Source of the DNA: Mobula hypostoma
Lineage: Eukaryota
Reading direction: 5' to 3'
NCBI RefSeq assembly: GCF_963921235.1
Contig: NC_086097.1
Coordinates: 7,502,001-7,566,000 of the forward strand
DNA: 64,000 nt
In this document: one piece after another, positions 25,161-37,293 of the stretch
Layout: each line of letters begins with the position of its first letter
How positions within the stretch are numbered: position 1 is the stretch's first letter
The notes under the pieces: generated by a model
What the model was told of the DNA's origin: nothing
The model's input: only the letters and a program-made list of their open reading frames with translations
Database searches by the model: none
Position numbers and translations under genes: made by a program

Positions 25161-25336
25161 AATAATCAACTTTTTGGAATTGCTACTAGTGTTAACAACA
25201 TGAAATTACTTTTGGATTAAGTAAGCATGATCCTTACTAAAGGTTAATTGGATGCATGAAAGTGAAATTGCACTGTGTTATACTGTAGCTGTATAACTTA
25301 TCAAAATATTCTCTTCCCATGTGGAAATTAGCAGGT

Positions 25337-25665
25337 TGTAGAAACATAGAAAATAGAAAACCTACAGCACAATACAGGCCCTCCAGCCTACAAAGCTGTG
25401 CCGAACATGTCCTTACCTTAGAACTACCTAGGGTTACCCATAGCCCTCTATTTTTTCTAAACTCCATGTACCTATCCAGAAGTCTCTTAAAAGACCCTAT
25501 CATTTCCGCCTCCACCACCGCCACTGGCAGCCCTTTCCACACACTCACCACTCTCTGTGTAAAAAACTTACCCCTGACATGTCCTCTGTACCTACTTCCT
25601 AGCATCTTAAAACTGTGCCCTCTCATGCTAGCTATTTTAGTCCAGGGAAAAAGCCTCTGGCTATC
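25337..25665 (-). mobile_element. CR1 LINE, 3' end
   Basis: ORF 25237..25626 (MRGHSFK..KFFTQRVVSVW); same subfamily as 6077..6400. Confidence 0.9.
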
Positions 25666-25709
25666 AGGTTATTATGTTATCTACAGACTCTTTTGTCTAT
25701 TTTGTTAAG

Positions 25710-25970
25710 GAAGCTCTGCACACACTCCTGTCTGCATCAATGGTGTTGAGGTTAAGAGGTTTGATAGCTTCAAGTGCCTTAGAGCGAGCATCACCAGCAG
25801 CCTGCCTTGGTCCAACCATGTAGGTGCCATAGGGAAGAAAGTTAACTAACATTTCTCAGTCCTTAGGAAGCTAAAGAAATATGCAATAACTCCATTGACC
25901 CTCACTAATTGTTATCCATGCACCATAAAAACCATCATACATGGATACATCGCACCTTGGTGTGGTAACT
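25710..25970 (+). mobile_element. Rex1/Babar-like RT C-terminal fragment
   Basis: HTPVCINGVEVKRFDSFKCL remnant. Confidence 0.6.
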
Positions 25971-26121
25971 AGAATTGATACTGGAATTGGTTTATTATTG
26001 TTACACATACTGAGAAACAGAGAAAAGCTTTTGTTGCATACCATTCATATAGAGTAGATCATTACACAGTGCATTGAGGTGGAACAAGATAAAACAACAA
26101 CAATGCAGAATAAGGTGTAAC

Positions 26122-26493
26122 AGGGAGGAAATTTGATAGAGGTATACAAAATTATGAGGGGTATAGATAAGGCAAATGCAAACAGGTTTTTCCCACCGAG
26201 GCTGGGTGAGGACTGCAACTAGAAGGTATGGGCTAAGGGTCAAAGGTGAAATAGTTAAGGGGAACATGAGAGGGAGCTTCCTCACTCAGAGGGTCGTGGG
26301 AGTGTAGAACGAGTTGCCAGCATAAGTGGTGCATGCAAGCTTGACTTCAATGTTTAAGTGAACTTTGGATAAGTAGATGGGTGGGAGAGGTTCGGAGGGC
26401 TGTGGTTCTGGTGCAGGTCGATGGGACTAGGCAGTTTAAATGGATCGGCATGGACTACACGGGCAAAGGCCTTCTCTGTGACTCGATGACTCT
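26122..26493 (+). mobile_element. CR1 LINE, 3' end, nested in a minus-strand Rex1-like element (about 25970..26710)
   Basis: GNLIEVYKIMRG..FLTQRVVGV remnant; the flanks continue across the insertion. Confidence 0.8.
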
Positions 26494-26830
26494 AGCTACA
26501 GAGAGATTGCAGATAAACAACAAGATGTGAGAACATACTGTGGTAGAATCTGTCCATGCAGACAAGAGGGTACAAGGAGGGGCTGAGGCTGAAACCGTGT
26601 GGGGCACCAAAATTTGGAGTAATCGTGGTGAAAGTGATCATACCAATCCTTACTGATTGTGGTCTGTTCGTCAGGAAGTCAAGGATCCATTTGCAGAGGA
26701 AGACATTGACAATAGCTGTTTAGATGACAGCAAGAAACAGCAAAAAGTTGTGGACACAGCTCAGTGCGTCATGGAAACCAGCTCTGTTATGTCATCGTGC
26801 TATGTACCAGAATGACTTCTCGGTCCATGG

Positions 26831-26988
26831 AACACACATCAAAGTTGCTGGTGAACGCAACAGACCAGGGAGGATCTCTAGGAAGCGTCGACTGTACCTC
26901 TTCCTAGAGATGCTGCCTGGCCTGCTGCGTTCACCAGCAACTCTGATGTGTGTTGCTTGAATTTCCAGCATCTGAAGAATTCCTCGTG
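26831..26988. mobile_element. 158-bp palindromic PLE-terminus insertion with 13-bp TSD
   Basis: 55-bp inverted arms at 26831..26885 and 26900..26954; TSD tctcggtccatgg at 26818..26830 and 26989..27001. Confidence 0.8.
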
Positions 26989-27470
26989 TCTCGGTCCATG
27001 GTCTCCTTTTGTGTCGAGATGAGGCCACCCTCAGGGTGTAGGAGCAACACCTTATATTCTGTCTGGGTAGCCTCCAACCTAATGGCATGAACATTGATTT
27101 CTCCTTCTGGTAAAAAAAAATCCCCTCCCTCTCCCCTCTTCTTCATCTATTCCCCACTCTGGCCTTTTACCTCTTCTCACCTGCCTATCACCTCCAGTGG
27201 GTCTCCTCCTCCTTTCCTTTCTCCTGTGGTCCGCTATCCTCTCCAGTCAGGTTTCTTCTTCTCCAGCCCTTTACCTTTCCCACCCACCTGCCTTCACCTA
27301 CCACCTTCCAGCTTGTCCTCCTTCCCCTCTCCCCACCCTTTTATTCTGGCATCTCCTCCCTCTTTTCTAGTCCCGATGAAGGGTCTTGGCCTGAAACGTT
27401 GACTGTTTACTCATTTCCATAAATGCTGCCTGACCTGCTGGGTTCCTCCAGCATTTTGTGGGTGTTGCTA
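26989..27470 (+). mobile_element. Penelope-like element 3' end
   Basis: EQHLIFCLGSLQPNGMNIDFS remnant, pLTR and a hammerhead-like copy at 27368..27405. Confidence 0.8.
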
Positions 27471-28039
27471 TGAAAACCAACCTCCCATCCATCGAATCTG
27501 CTGGTATTTCTCACTGCATCAGTAAAGCAGCCAGCATGATCAAAGACCACACTCAACCCAAACAGTCTCTCTTCTCTTCTCTTCTTTTTTATGACGCAGA
27601 AGATAAAAAAGCCTTAAAACACATAACTTCAGGCTCAAAGATAGCTTCAATCCTCTCCCACAGCACTATTAAATGATTTCCTAGTACAATAAGGTGAAGT
27701 TTTGACATTAGAATATGATCTTACATCTTATTGTTTACCTGCACTGCACTTTCTCTTTAGCTGTCACATTTTATTCTGCATTCCGTTATTGTTTTATCAA
27801 GTTCTACATCAATACACTGTGTAATGATTTGATCTGAATGAACAATGTGCAAGCAAAGCTTTTCGCAGTAAGCTTGAAACATGTGACAGTAATAAGATGA
27901 TTTCCAAATCCACAATGGTTTCACACTTCTCAAGCTGTCTGTGGAAGTTATGGATTTCTTGCTGCTTACTGCCCCATTCGTATCAGTCACCTTTTAGGAT
28001 CTCACAAGATGAACAAAGTAAGAAGATGCAAGTGAACTG

Positions 28040-29520
28040 TTCTGAAGCCACATAAGGCTCTGGTGAGGCCTCACTTGGAGTATTGTGAGCAATTTTCAAT
28101 AGTTCAATAGTTTCATTTAATCTGAGAATGTATACAATATACAACCTGAAATACTTATTCTCTGTAGACATCCTCGAAACAGGAAGAACATAAAGACCAA
28201 AGAATGAATGACAGAAAAACATAAGAACCGCAAAGTTCCCTGCCCCTCCCCTATGCACAAGCAATAGCAATCAGCATCAAGCCTCCCCCTCCCCTTCCCC
28301 CCACTTATTCTAGCATAAAGCATCAGCATTCCCACTATCCAACATGCAAGCAACAACAAAACCCCCAGAGAGAGACCATGGTCTACAGTACTTTAAAAAC
28401 TAACTGTCCACTCCAACACCCTCACATCTCACAGGCACTCTCTCTCTCAATAACAAGAGAGAGACAGATATCATCTCTTCCACAGTGACAGGGGAGACAA
28501 GAGTCACTACCACAATGTTACTTATTTAAGGAAGGATTTGCTGACATTGGAGAGAGTTCAGAGGAGGTTCAGTAGATTGATTCCATGAATGAAAAGGCTA
28601 TCGTATAAGCAGTGATTGAAGTCTCTGGGCCTGTACTCACAGGAATTTAGAAGAATGCGGGGATCTAATTGAAACGTATAGAACGTTGAAAGGCTTTGAT
28701 AGGGTGGATGTGGAGATGATGTTTCCCTTGGTGGGGGAGTCCAGGACCGGGGGCACAGCATCAAGATAGAGGGACGTCCATTTAGAACAGAGATGAAGAC
28801 GAATTTTTTTACCAGTGGGTGGTAAAACTTTGGAATTCATTGACACAGATGGCTATGAAGGCCAGGTCATTGAGTGCATTTACGGTGGAAGTTGATAGGT
28901 TCTTGATTATTCAGAATGTGAAAGGTTACGGGGAGAAGGCAGGAGAATGATTATGATTATGAAAACACGTAGTCCTCTTTTATTGTCATTTAGTAATGCA
29001 TGCATTAAGAAATGATACATTATTTCCTCCAGTGTGATATCACAAAACACAGGACAAACCAAGACTGAAAAAACTGACAAAACCACATAATTATAACATA
29101 CAGTTACAAACAGTGTCACAATACCATAACTTGATGAAGAAAGTCCATGAGCTCAGTAAAGTTCAAAGTTTCTCAAATGTCCCACATCTCACTCAGACGG
29201 GAGAAGGAAGAAAAACTCTCCCTGCCACGCCGACCACAATCCGACTCTGAGTCATCTAAAAACTTCGAGCTCTGATCAGCTCTCCAACACCGAGTACTGA
29301 GCGCCATCTCTGTCCGAACAATTCGACCTCCTTCTCGGTCGCCAAAAGCAGGCTAGGCCGGGGATTTTGAGGCCTACCCTCCGAAAGATTCCCGACCACA
29401 CGATAACGACAGCAGCGGACGGGCATTTCAGAGGTTGAGAAGGAAATGAATCAGCCATGACAAAATGGTAGAGAGGACTTGATGGGCCGAATGACCTAAT
29501 TCTGCCTCTATATCTTATGT
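28040..29520 (+). mobile_element. CR1 3' region interrupted by two minus-strand insertions (about 28096..28520 and 28950..29432)
   Basis: LVRPHLEYC at about 28060, resuming at about 28520 and again at about 29433 (CR1 tail). Confidence 0.85.
28950..29432 (-). mobile_element. Non-coding retroposon (family B), 5'-truncated
   Basis: Matches 55141..55640; (ataatc)n tail; CpG-rich body. Confidence 0.65.
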
Positions 29521-29859
29521 TTTGCCTCTTTTCTCTGCCTCCCTTCATGTTCCTGCTTCCCAGCAGCACTACAAAGAGTTTTGCAGAAGAGGAAAACTTC
29601 CAAGTCTTGGCTCCCTATGGGAATGATTGTCAAGGAAGGAGGAGTGTGAAGCTAATATTAGATTGGAAAACAAGCTTGCGGGAGAACAGTGAATTAACCA
29701 GTCTTGAATGATCACCTTAATATCATAGTGTCATGCAGCGTAATAGCAGGCCCCTCGGTGTACTGCGCCCATGCCAACCAACAGACTCCTACTTCTACCA
29801 AACTTAATGCTACATTAAATTGTTTCTGTTATCACCAGATTCTTTTCATGCGCTTTCAA

Positions 29860-30005
29860 ATTTTACCACTCACTAGGGTTAGCTTACAATTGCTAAGTAA
29901 CCTACCAACCTCCCATGAACTTGCGACATGGGAGGAAACTGAAGCATCCTAAAGTGAAGCCATTGGGCAAACATGCAAACTCCACATAGACTGCACATAG
30001 ACCAT
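29860..30005 (-). mobile_element. V-SINE fragment
   Basis: Reverse complement reads tatgtggagtttgcatgtt..gcttcagtttcctcccatgtc. Confidence 0.6.
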
Positions 30006-30129
30006 GCTGTAGAACATAGAACAGTACATTGCAGTATGGGCTCTTTGACTCACAGTCTTTTAACCTACTCTCAGCCATGTGGCAAGAATCTCTCAAATGT
30101 CCCATATGTATCAGCTTCCGCCAAGAGGA

Positions 30130-30430
30130 CCACAACCTCGTCATAGGGTTTGACAGCTTGTGTGCCTCAATGACCTAGAGAGCTATGTTGACAAGAGTCG
30201 GGGCTTTATACTTTGGCTCTTGGTAGGGTCACCATTCCAAAGAGGTCAAAGGGTAGAGGCCAGACCAAGAGTGGTCCAGGCTCGAGGGTTCAGCTCGGGG
30301 CCAACAACCCTGACTGGTAAAACAAACCTGTTATGGAAACAGCAATGAAGAATCATTTTACATCTGAGTGGCTATGAACAGGCAAAGAAGGAGAACCTTT
30401 ATTGCTGCCCTAAACACCAGCAGCACGGGA
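30130..30430 (+). mobile_element. Non-autonomous RTE derivative (5' UTR joined to 3' tail)
   Basis: gcttgtgtgcctcaatgacctagagagctatg..tggtagggtcacc..gaggccagac resembles RTE 5' UTRs; ends in ttgctgccctaaacaccagc. Confidence 0.55.
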
Positions 30431-30589
30431 TTAGATTCAATGTATTAGTCTCTACCATCACTTCAGGCAGTGTCCTAGGCACTAATCACTGTCAAAAAAA
30501 GCTACTTGCGCTAGAGCTAAAGGCCGAACTGCAATTGTGGGAGCAGTAGATCTCCTTGCTGTATCACAGTGCACCAAAGTATAAACCAA

Positions 30590-30982
30590 CTCAATGTTTC
30601 ACAAAGGTCCTGGGAAGACTCAAAGAGTTGGCATCCATCATTAAGAAATCCATCTCCTAGGGCTTGGCCCTCTTCTCATTACAACCGTCAAGCAGGAGAT
30701 ACCAGAGCCTGAAGGCACACATTCAATGTCTTAGGAACAGCTTCTTCCCCTCCACCATCAGATTTCTGAATGGACAATGAACCCATGTACACTACTCCAC
30801 TACTTTTTTCTTTTTTTTTTGCTCACTTTATGCACCACTTATTTATTTTAATTTTTAAAATAAACTTCTTACTGTAATGTAGAGTTCTTTTAATTATCTA
30901 TTGTCATCTACTACTGCTGCAAAACAACAAATTTCATGACATATTCCAGTAATATTAATATAGATTGTGGTCCTGATTCTGA
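30590..30982 (+). mobile_element. Rex1/Babar-like 3' end
   Basis: PSSRRYQSLK..LRNSFFPS remnant; matches 8855..9161. Confidence 0.7.
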
Positions 30983-31904
30983 GGAACTATCATGAAAAAT
31001 TTTAGGGAAATGCAATTTCCAAATGGTTTCCACTCTTCCTCACTGCGATCATTCAGATGCACGGAATGGTGCAATTGAATCTTATGCTTAAATCACTGAC
31101 CAATGATATACACTTAATATTAAACCTTCTAACTCTTTTCTCAATATACAGCATATTATTTCTCTCAGAAGAACATTGCTCAGTTTTTCTGTCATGATGT
31201 AAAGTGAGCCCAAGGGCTTCAGAAGAGGATTTTACATTTGATTGTGAATAAGTGGCACATATTTTAACTTAAGCAAATGAAAGTTCAATTGTGGTGTTCC
31301 CATCATGATCCATGGTACTGGAGATCATTCTGTGGTAAAGGAAATTGACAAATGACCTGTTTGCAGACTTCTGGCAAGACCAGTCTATAAATGAAGCATT
31401 AACAAAGAGCATATTGGAGGGGCTGGGTGAATTAAGACCCTGGTGTGATCCATCAAGTAAGTCTGATCTTTCTTACTATTGGGTGACCTCGTGATCTGTG
31501 GAGGAGTAGAACTGTGTTGATGTGTGTTTAGATCACCCAAGGATAAGTAAAATATTGATATATAATTAATGAATTAATTAATTAATTAACTTTCACAGTT
31601 TGTTTTTCAGCTAGAAGTACACTGTGTGCTTTTTATCACGACTTTTGATTTAATCTAAACTCATATAACTTATAACATGGATAGGCCTTTCACTTAATTC
31701 TTTCAAAACAGCCCTCACCACAAAACTTGTCATCTGCAACAATGCATGCATGCAAAGATTATACAGGCACTGAGAGATGGAAGGGGAGAGCAGACAGGAT
31801 ACAATGGGGAGAAAGGGGGAATGGAAGGGAAGGGGTGATAGAAAAGAGGAAAGAAACTGAAGAGAGAAGAGAGAGAAAAGAACACGAGAAGAGCAGCGAG
31901 ATTT

Positions 31905-32340
31905 AGTACTGAAGTTTGTATATGGCACCATATACAAACCTGAAATTCATGTTCAATAAATGCTCAATAAATCTTTAGAATAGTAATTATAATAGGATCA
32001 GTGAACGATCAACCAGAGTGCAGAAGATAATGAACTCAGTAAGTGCAAATACAAATAAATAGCAATAAATAATAAAATCATGAGATAATAAGATCAAGAG
32101 TCCTTAAAATTAGATCACTGGTTGTGGTAACATTTCAATGATGAAGCAAGAGAGTGCTGTTATCCCCTTTGTCTTCATGCCTGATAGTTGTGGGTTAGTA
32201 ACTGCTCTAGCTCCTGCTGTTGCGAATTCTGAGGCTCTGGTACCCACTGCCTAATGGTAGCAGTGAGAAGAGAAGAGAGCATGTACTGGGTGGTGGGGAT
32301 CTCTGATGATGGGCGCTACTTTCCAATGACAACGTTTCAT
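31905..32340 (-). mobile_element. Rex1/Babar-like 3' end inserted in a purine-rich tract (31770..32605)
   Basis: Reverse-complement match to 11494..11780. Confidence 0.65.
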
Positions 32341-32599
32341 ACTTGAAAGCATTTTTCCATTCAGAAAGCAAAAAAAGAAGAGAGAGAAGTTTTGCTGGAG
32401 CTAAATTTGAGACAGTATGACTTAGGAAGTTGAAAAGAGCTCCAAAAGAAAGAGTTGGATGGTGGGTATATAGAAAAAACTGAAACCAGAGGGATAGGGT
32501 TTATAAAAATGAAGAGCTGGGGAGCAGAAAGACTACAGTTATGGAAGTGAGGGGACATTTCAGAGAAAGAGATTGACAAGAACACAGAGAACAGAGAGA

Positions 32600-32835
32600 G
32601 ATGAGGAGGAAGTGCTTTAGCCAGGGGGTGGTAAATCTGTGGATGTCATTGCTGTGGAGGCCAAGTCATTGGGTATATTTGAAGCAGAGGTTGATAGGCT
32701 CTTGGTTAGTCAGGATGTCATAGATTACAAGCAGAAGGCAAGAGAATAGGATAGAGAAGGATAATAAATCAGCCATAATGGAATGGTTGAGCAGACTCAA
32801 TGGATCGAATGACCTAATTCTGCTCTGATGTCTCC
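32600..32835 (+). mobile_element. CR1 LINE, 3' end
   Basis: gtggtaaatctgtgg..gaatgacctaattctgctc tail. Confidence 0.8.
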
Positions 32836-32959
32836 TAATTGAACTGGCAAGCAGGCAATGGAAGAGGTTATTGGAGGAGAATTTTGTGATGGACTGCTCT
32901 GAAGACTCAAGATCTCAAAGGGGATCAGGAATCAGTCTCTGTTGTTCACCTATCTCCAC

Positions 32960-33860
32960 ATCCAGTGCATAATTCTCCACAACATCCACCATCTCCAACA
33001 GGATCCCACCACCCCAAACACGTCCTTCTTTCCACCTCATTTTCCGCTTTCTGCAGGGATTGTTCCTTATGTGACTCCCTTGTCCTCTTGTCCCTCCTCA
33101 CTGATTGCCCTCGCAGTACTTATTTTTGCAAGCTGATTGACTGCCACATTTTCCCCTACGCCTCCTCCCTCACTACAATTCAGGGCCCAAAACAGTCCTT
33201 TCCAGCGAGGCGACACTTCACCTGCAAGTCTGTTGGGGCCCTCTGCTGTAAATGGTGCTCCCAGAGTGGCCTCTTGTATATCAGTGACCTTAGATTGGGA
33301 GACTGGTTCATCGAGCACCTTTGATTCGTCCGCTAAAAAAAGTGCGATTTCCTGCTGGCCATCCATTTCGTTTCTACTTTCCATTCCCATTCCGACATGT
33401 CAAATCACGGTCTTGTCTACTGCTGTGACGAGGCCACACTCAGGTTGGAGGAACAACACATCATATTCTGTCTGAGTAGCTCCAACCTGATGGCATAAAC
33501 ATCGACGTCTCGAACTTCCATTAATTCCCCCCCCACCTTCACCATTCCCATTCTTGTTTTCTTCTCACACCTTCTCTTCTTGCCTGCCCATCACATCCCT
33601 CTGGTGCCCATCCTCCTTCCCTTTCTTTTGTGGTCTCTATCAGATTCCCCTTTCTCCTGACATTCATCTCTTCTACCAATCCACTTCTTAACTCTTTGCT
33701 TCATCCCTCTCCCTCTCCCGGTTTCACCTATCACCTACGACCTTTTACTTCTTCCTCTCCTCCCCTCACCTTCTTCCCCTTTCCTTTCCAAAATGTCAAC
33801 TGTTTATTCCCATCCATAGATGCTGCTTGACTGGTTGAGTTCCTCCAGCACATTATCTGT
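32960..33860 (+). mobile_element. Penelope-like element, GIY-YIG region plus pLTR
   Basis: ORF 32965..33324 (FSAFCRDCSLCDSLV, Cys linker, HFTCKS..GLLYI..RLGDWFIEHL). Confidence 0.8.
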
Positions 33861-35224
33861 ATTATTCTTGTATTCAAAATATTATAGTGAATTTGCAACT
33901 TGATGTATGTTCCAGAGGATGACAATGTGATTTTGGATTAACATCCCACTCTAATACATAAATCAGAAGTGAAAAATACTCATTACTGATAGGACCTGTA
34001 CAGACAGACACTATCAGTTTGGCTACAACTTCAAATTAAGTTTGTTCAGCGCTATTAAATGAAATGAAATAACATCACAAGAATTAATTCCCTTTCTAAG
34101 TGATGTTGACAACCGTTGATAGATAACAGAACAAGATTAGACTCCAAGTGATCATTGCCTTCATCATCTCGACAACATCCCTGCACAAGATAATATTCGG
34201 CACACCAGATGTAAACGTCTGCCAGTCAGAGTTTGAGAAGGCACTCTCACAATGACAAGCTACTTACATTTGACTTTCTGATGCACTAGTGGCACTGGCT
34301 GCCATCAGAAGTATCTCTGGTAACCATCTGCAACACAAAGCCAGGTTGGATTAGCCATTGTAAACCACCAACAAGTCACAATAGAAAACACATTCCAAAG
34401 AGATACACAGCCAAGGTGATGAGTTTTTGCTAGAATATTATTACTAGTCAGTGAAAATAAATATCTATACAACTTCTGAAGAGAATGCAAGAATTCTGGC
34501 TATCTCCTGTCAGAAGTCCACCCGGTCATCTGGAAAATATTGCAGCCTATTGAATTATTTTACAGACCAATAAATTATCTTTATTTTAATTTCTCTGGGG
34601 TTCTAAATTCTTTCAGTAGAGACAAAAATAAACAGGAAATGAAGTGAATTCTCAACAAGCCAGGCAGCTTCATACAGGAAGAAATAAAGTTAACATTTCA
34701 AACTGAAGTCCTTTCTTCAGAATCTCTCTGTTCCCTGTTTCAGATACTGATCAGATTTGTTTGCCTGTTGGTTTCACACCAACACACAACGACGGCACAC
34801 CTCCACCATTAATAAACCAAGTAGGCTGTTCTGCCTGCTTTAATAAGCTCTTATTATTGTATAAACGAGCTGCTGTAATGGAGATCTACACCTTGGATGT
34901 TTTTTCTCTGCTAATATGACACAGACAACAGCTGATCTGTTTGACCTGCAGTGAATTGGAGAACTAATCTATTTAACACTCTAGTTTTGTCATATCAAGA
35001 TGAAAGTATGACATTATATTGTCTAAAGTGCTCTTGACTTGATTGTCACTCAATTGAATTTATGCACTATCAGTGGAAGAAACGGAATGAGTCTCATTGA
35101 CCCTAGAAGAGAGAAGATAACAAAGGAAAACTACTCGACCATCTTCCATAGCCAATGGACTTCCCTTGAATAATTCTGTGCGTGGCCATAAACTGAGAAA
35201 TGCTTTCAATTGGGCTCCAGAGAC

Positions 35225-35770
35225 TATTGTGTGCAGTTTTGGTCTCCAAATTTGAGGAAGGACATTCTTGCTATTGAGGGAGTGCAGCGTAGGTTCACGA
35301 GGTTAATTCCCGGGATGGTGGGACTGTCATATGTCAAAAGATTGGAGCGACTGGGCTTGTATACTCTGGAATTTAGAAGGCTGAGAGGGGATCTTATTGA
35401 AACATACAAAATTATTAAGGGATTGGACATGCTGGAGGCAGGGAGCATGTTCCCGCTGATGGGTGAGTCCAGAGCCAAAGGCCACAGTTTAAGAATAAGG
35501 GGTAGGCCATTTATAATGGAGTTGAGAAAAAAATTTTTCACCCAGAGAGTGGTGGATATATGGAACGCTCTGCCCCAGAGGGCTGTGGAGGCCAAGTCTC
35601 TGGATGCTTTAAAGAAAGAGATGGATAGAGCTTTCAAAGGTAGCGGAGTTAAAGGCTTTGGGGATAAGGCAGGAACTGGGTACTGCTTGTGGATGATCAG
35701 CCATGATCACAGTGAAAGGCGGTGCTGGCTGGAAGGGCCGAATGGCCTACTCCTGCACCTATTGTCTATT
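35225..35770 (+). mobile_element. CR1 LINE, 3' end (open frame, young)
   Basis: ORF 35210..35923 (YCVQFWSP..RLRGDLIETYKII..FFTQRVVDIWNALP), followed by a PLE pLTR piece at 35809..35910. Confidence 0.92.
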
Positions 35771-36084
35771 CAGAGCATTAGATTTATTATCAAGGTATAT
35801 ATATATATCTTGGGCCAAAATGTTGACTGTTTACCCTTTTCCATAGATGCTGTCTGGCCTGCTGAGTTCCACCAGCATTTTGTGTGTTTTGCTTGTATTT
35901 CTCTTGTTTGCGATTGGACATAATAGCATTAAGCAATTGGTCTTACACAACAGTATTTACGTAAGTCTCCAGAAAGCCAGAATACTAAACCCCACCAGAA
36001 TATATCTGAAAGTTTCTAGCAATTGAGAAATGAGTATGCTTGGCTATAACTGAGGTTCTACCAACTTAAGGTGTGAAACAATAA

Positions 36085-36445
36085 AAATACAACAATACTA
36101 ATATAAATAATAATAAACAAATAAGCCATAAATATCATGAATATGAGATGAAAAGTCTTTGAAAGTGAATCCATAGGTCATGAAAACAGTTCAGTGATGG
36201 GGAGAGTGAAGTTAAGTGAAGTTAACCACTTTGGTTCAGGAGCCTGGTAATTGAGAGGTAATACCTGTTCCAGAATCTCCTGTACCACACCCTGATGACA
36301 ACAGCCAGAAGGAGCGTGACCTGGATAGTGGAGTCCCCAATGGTGGAAGCTGCCTTCCTGTGACAGCACACCTGCATAGATGTGCTCAGTGGTGGGGAGG
36401 TCGTTACCAATAATGGACTGAGATATGTTCACCAATACTGTAGGC
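36085..36445 (-). mobile_element. Rex1/Babar-like 3' end
   Basis: ORFs 36178..36435 and 36222..36410 (CCHRKAAS). Confidence 0.7.
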
Positions 36446-36741
36446 TTGTCAAATTAATCAGTTGGCCAAGCCCACATCTTTGGTTCTGGCACTAGAGGAT
36501 ATGTGGAATAGTACACCAGCAAAACAGAAAAGAGGGGGAGGAAATTAGTCAAGTTCAATTCTCATCACATTTTCTCTGCACACATTTCTCTAGTGCCTAA
36601 ACATGCAACTGACAATCCCACATATGGAACAATACTAAGATGTCCATTTAGCTTAGAACACAGTTGTTTTCATCTTTGCAATATCAATAATATTTATTTA
36701 TATTATTCGATGATGTAATGAAAATGCACTATTTATAGAAA

Positions 36742-36880
36742 AACACAAACATGAGAAAATCTGAAGATGATGGAAATCCAGAGAAACACACACAAAATGC
36801 TGGAAGAACTCAGCAGATTAGGCAGCATCTATGGAAAAGAATAGTTGACGTATCGGTACCCTTCATCAGGACTATAGAAA
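36742..36880 (-). mobile_element. PLE pLTR terminus with variant hammerhead motif
   Basis: Reverse complement reads tagtc-ctgatga-agggtacc-gatacgtc-aacta...gatgctgcc...tttccatcatcttcagattttctc. Confidence 0.7.
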
Positions 36881-36899
36881 ACCATTTTCCATAGTCAAT

Positions 36900-37293
36900 C
36901 ATTTGTTTATTATGTTCCGTGTCATACAACATGGACAATCCATCTGTCTTTAATCTGCTTATTCTTTTCTCTAACCGTGACAACAAGTGTTCTTGGCAAA
37001 TTTTTCTGCAGAAGTGTTTTTCCATTGCCTTCATCTTTACAAGACAGGTGACCCCAGCCATTATCAATACTCTTCAGAGATTGTCTGCCTGGTGCCAGTG
37101 GTCACATAACCAGGACTTGTGATCTGCACCAGTTGCTCATACGACCATCCACCACCTGCTCCCTTGGCTTCACTTGAACCTGATCGAGGGGCTAAGCAGG
37201 TGCTACACCTTCCCAAGGGTGACCTGTAGGCTAGCGGAGGGAAAGAGCACCTTATAACTCCTTTGTTAGAGACATATCTCCACTCTGCCAACC
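36900..37293 (-). mobile_element. Short RTE-tailed retroposon (family A)
   Basis: Matches 8130..8620 and 56608..56966. Confidence 0.7.

Noticed and set aside
31770..32605. Purine-rich tract and its Ser/Phe/Leu-rich antisense ORFs
   Set aside because: Low-complexity sequence; the ORFs are compositional artefacts.
34268..34327. 60-nt minus-strand exon candidate (gtgttgcag|...|gtaagt)
   Set aside because: Only a phase 2-2 frame is open (WLPEILLMAASATSASESQ). It is unrecognised and out of phase with the 24116 candidate, and such matches are expected by chance.
35210..35923. 237-aa ORF, the longest in the window, as a host gene
   Set aside because: It is a CR1 ORF2 C-terminus reading through the CR1 tail into a PLE pLTR fragment, with a non-ATG start.
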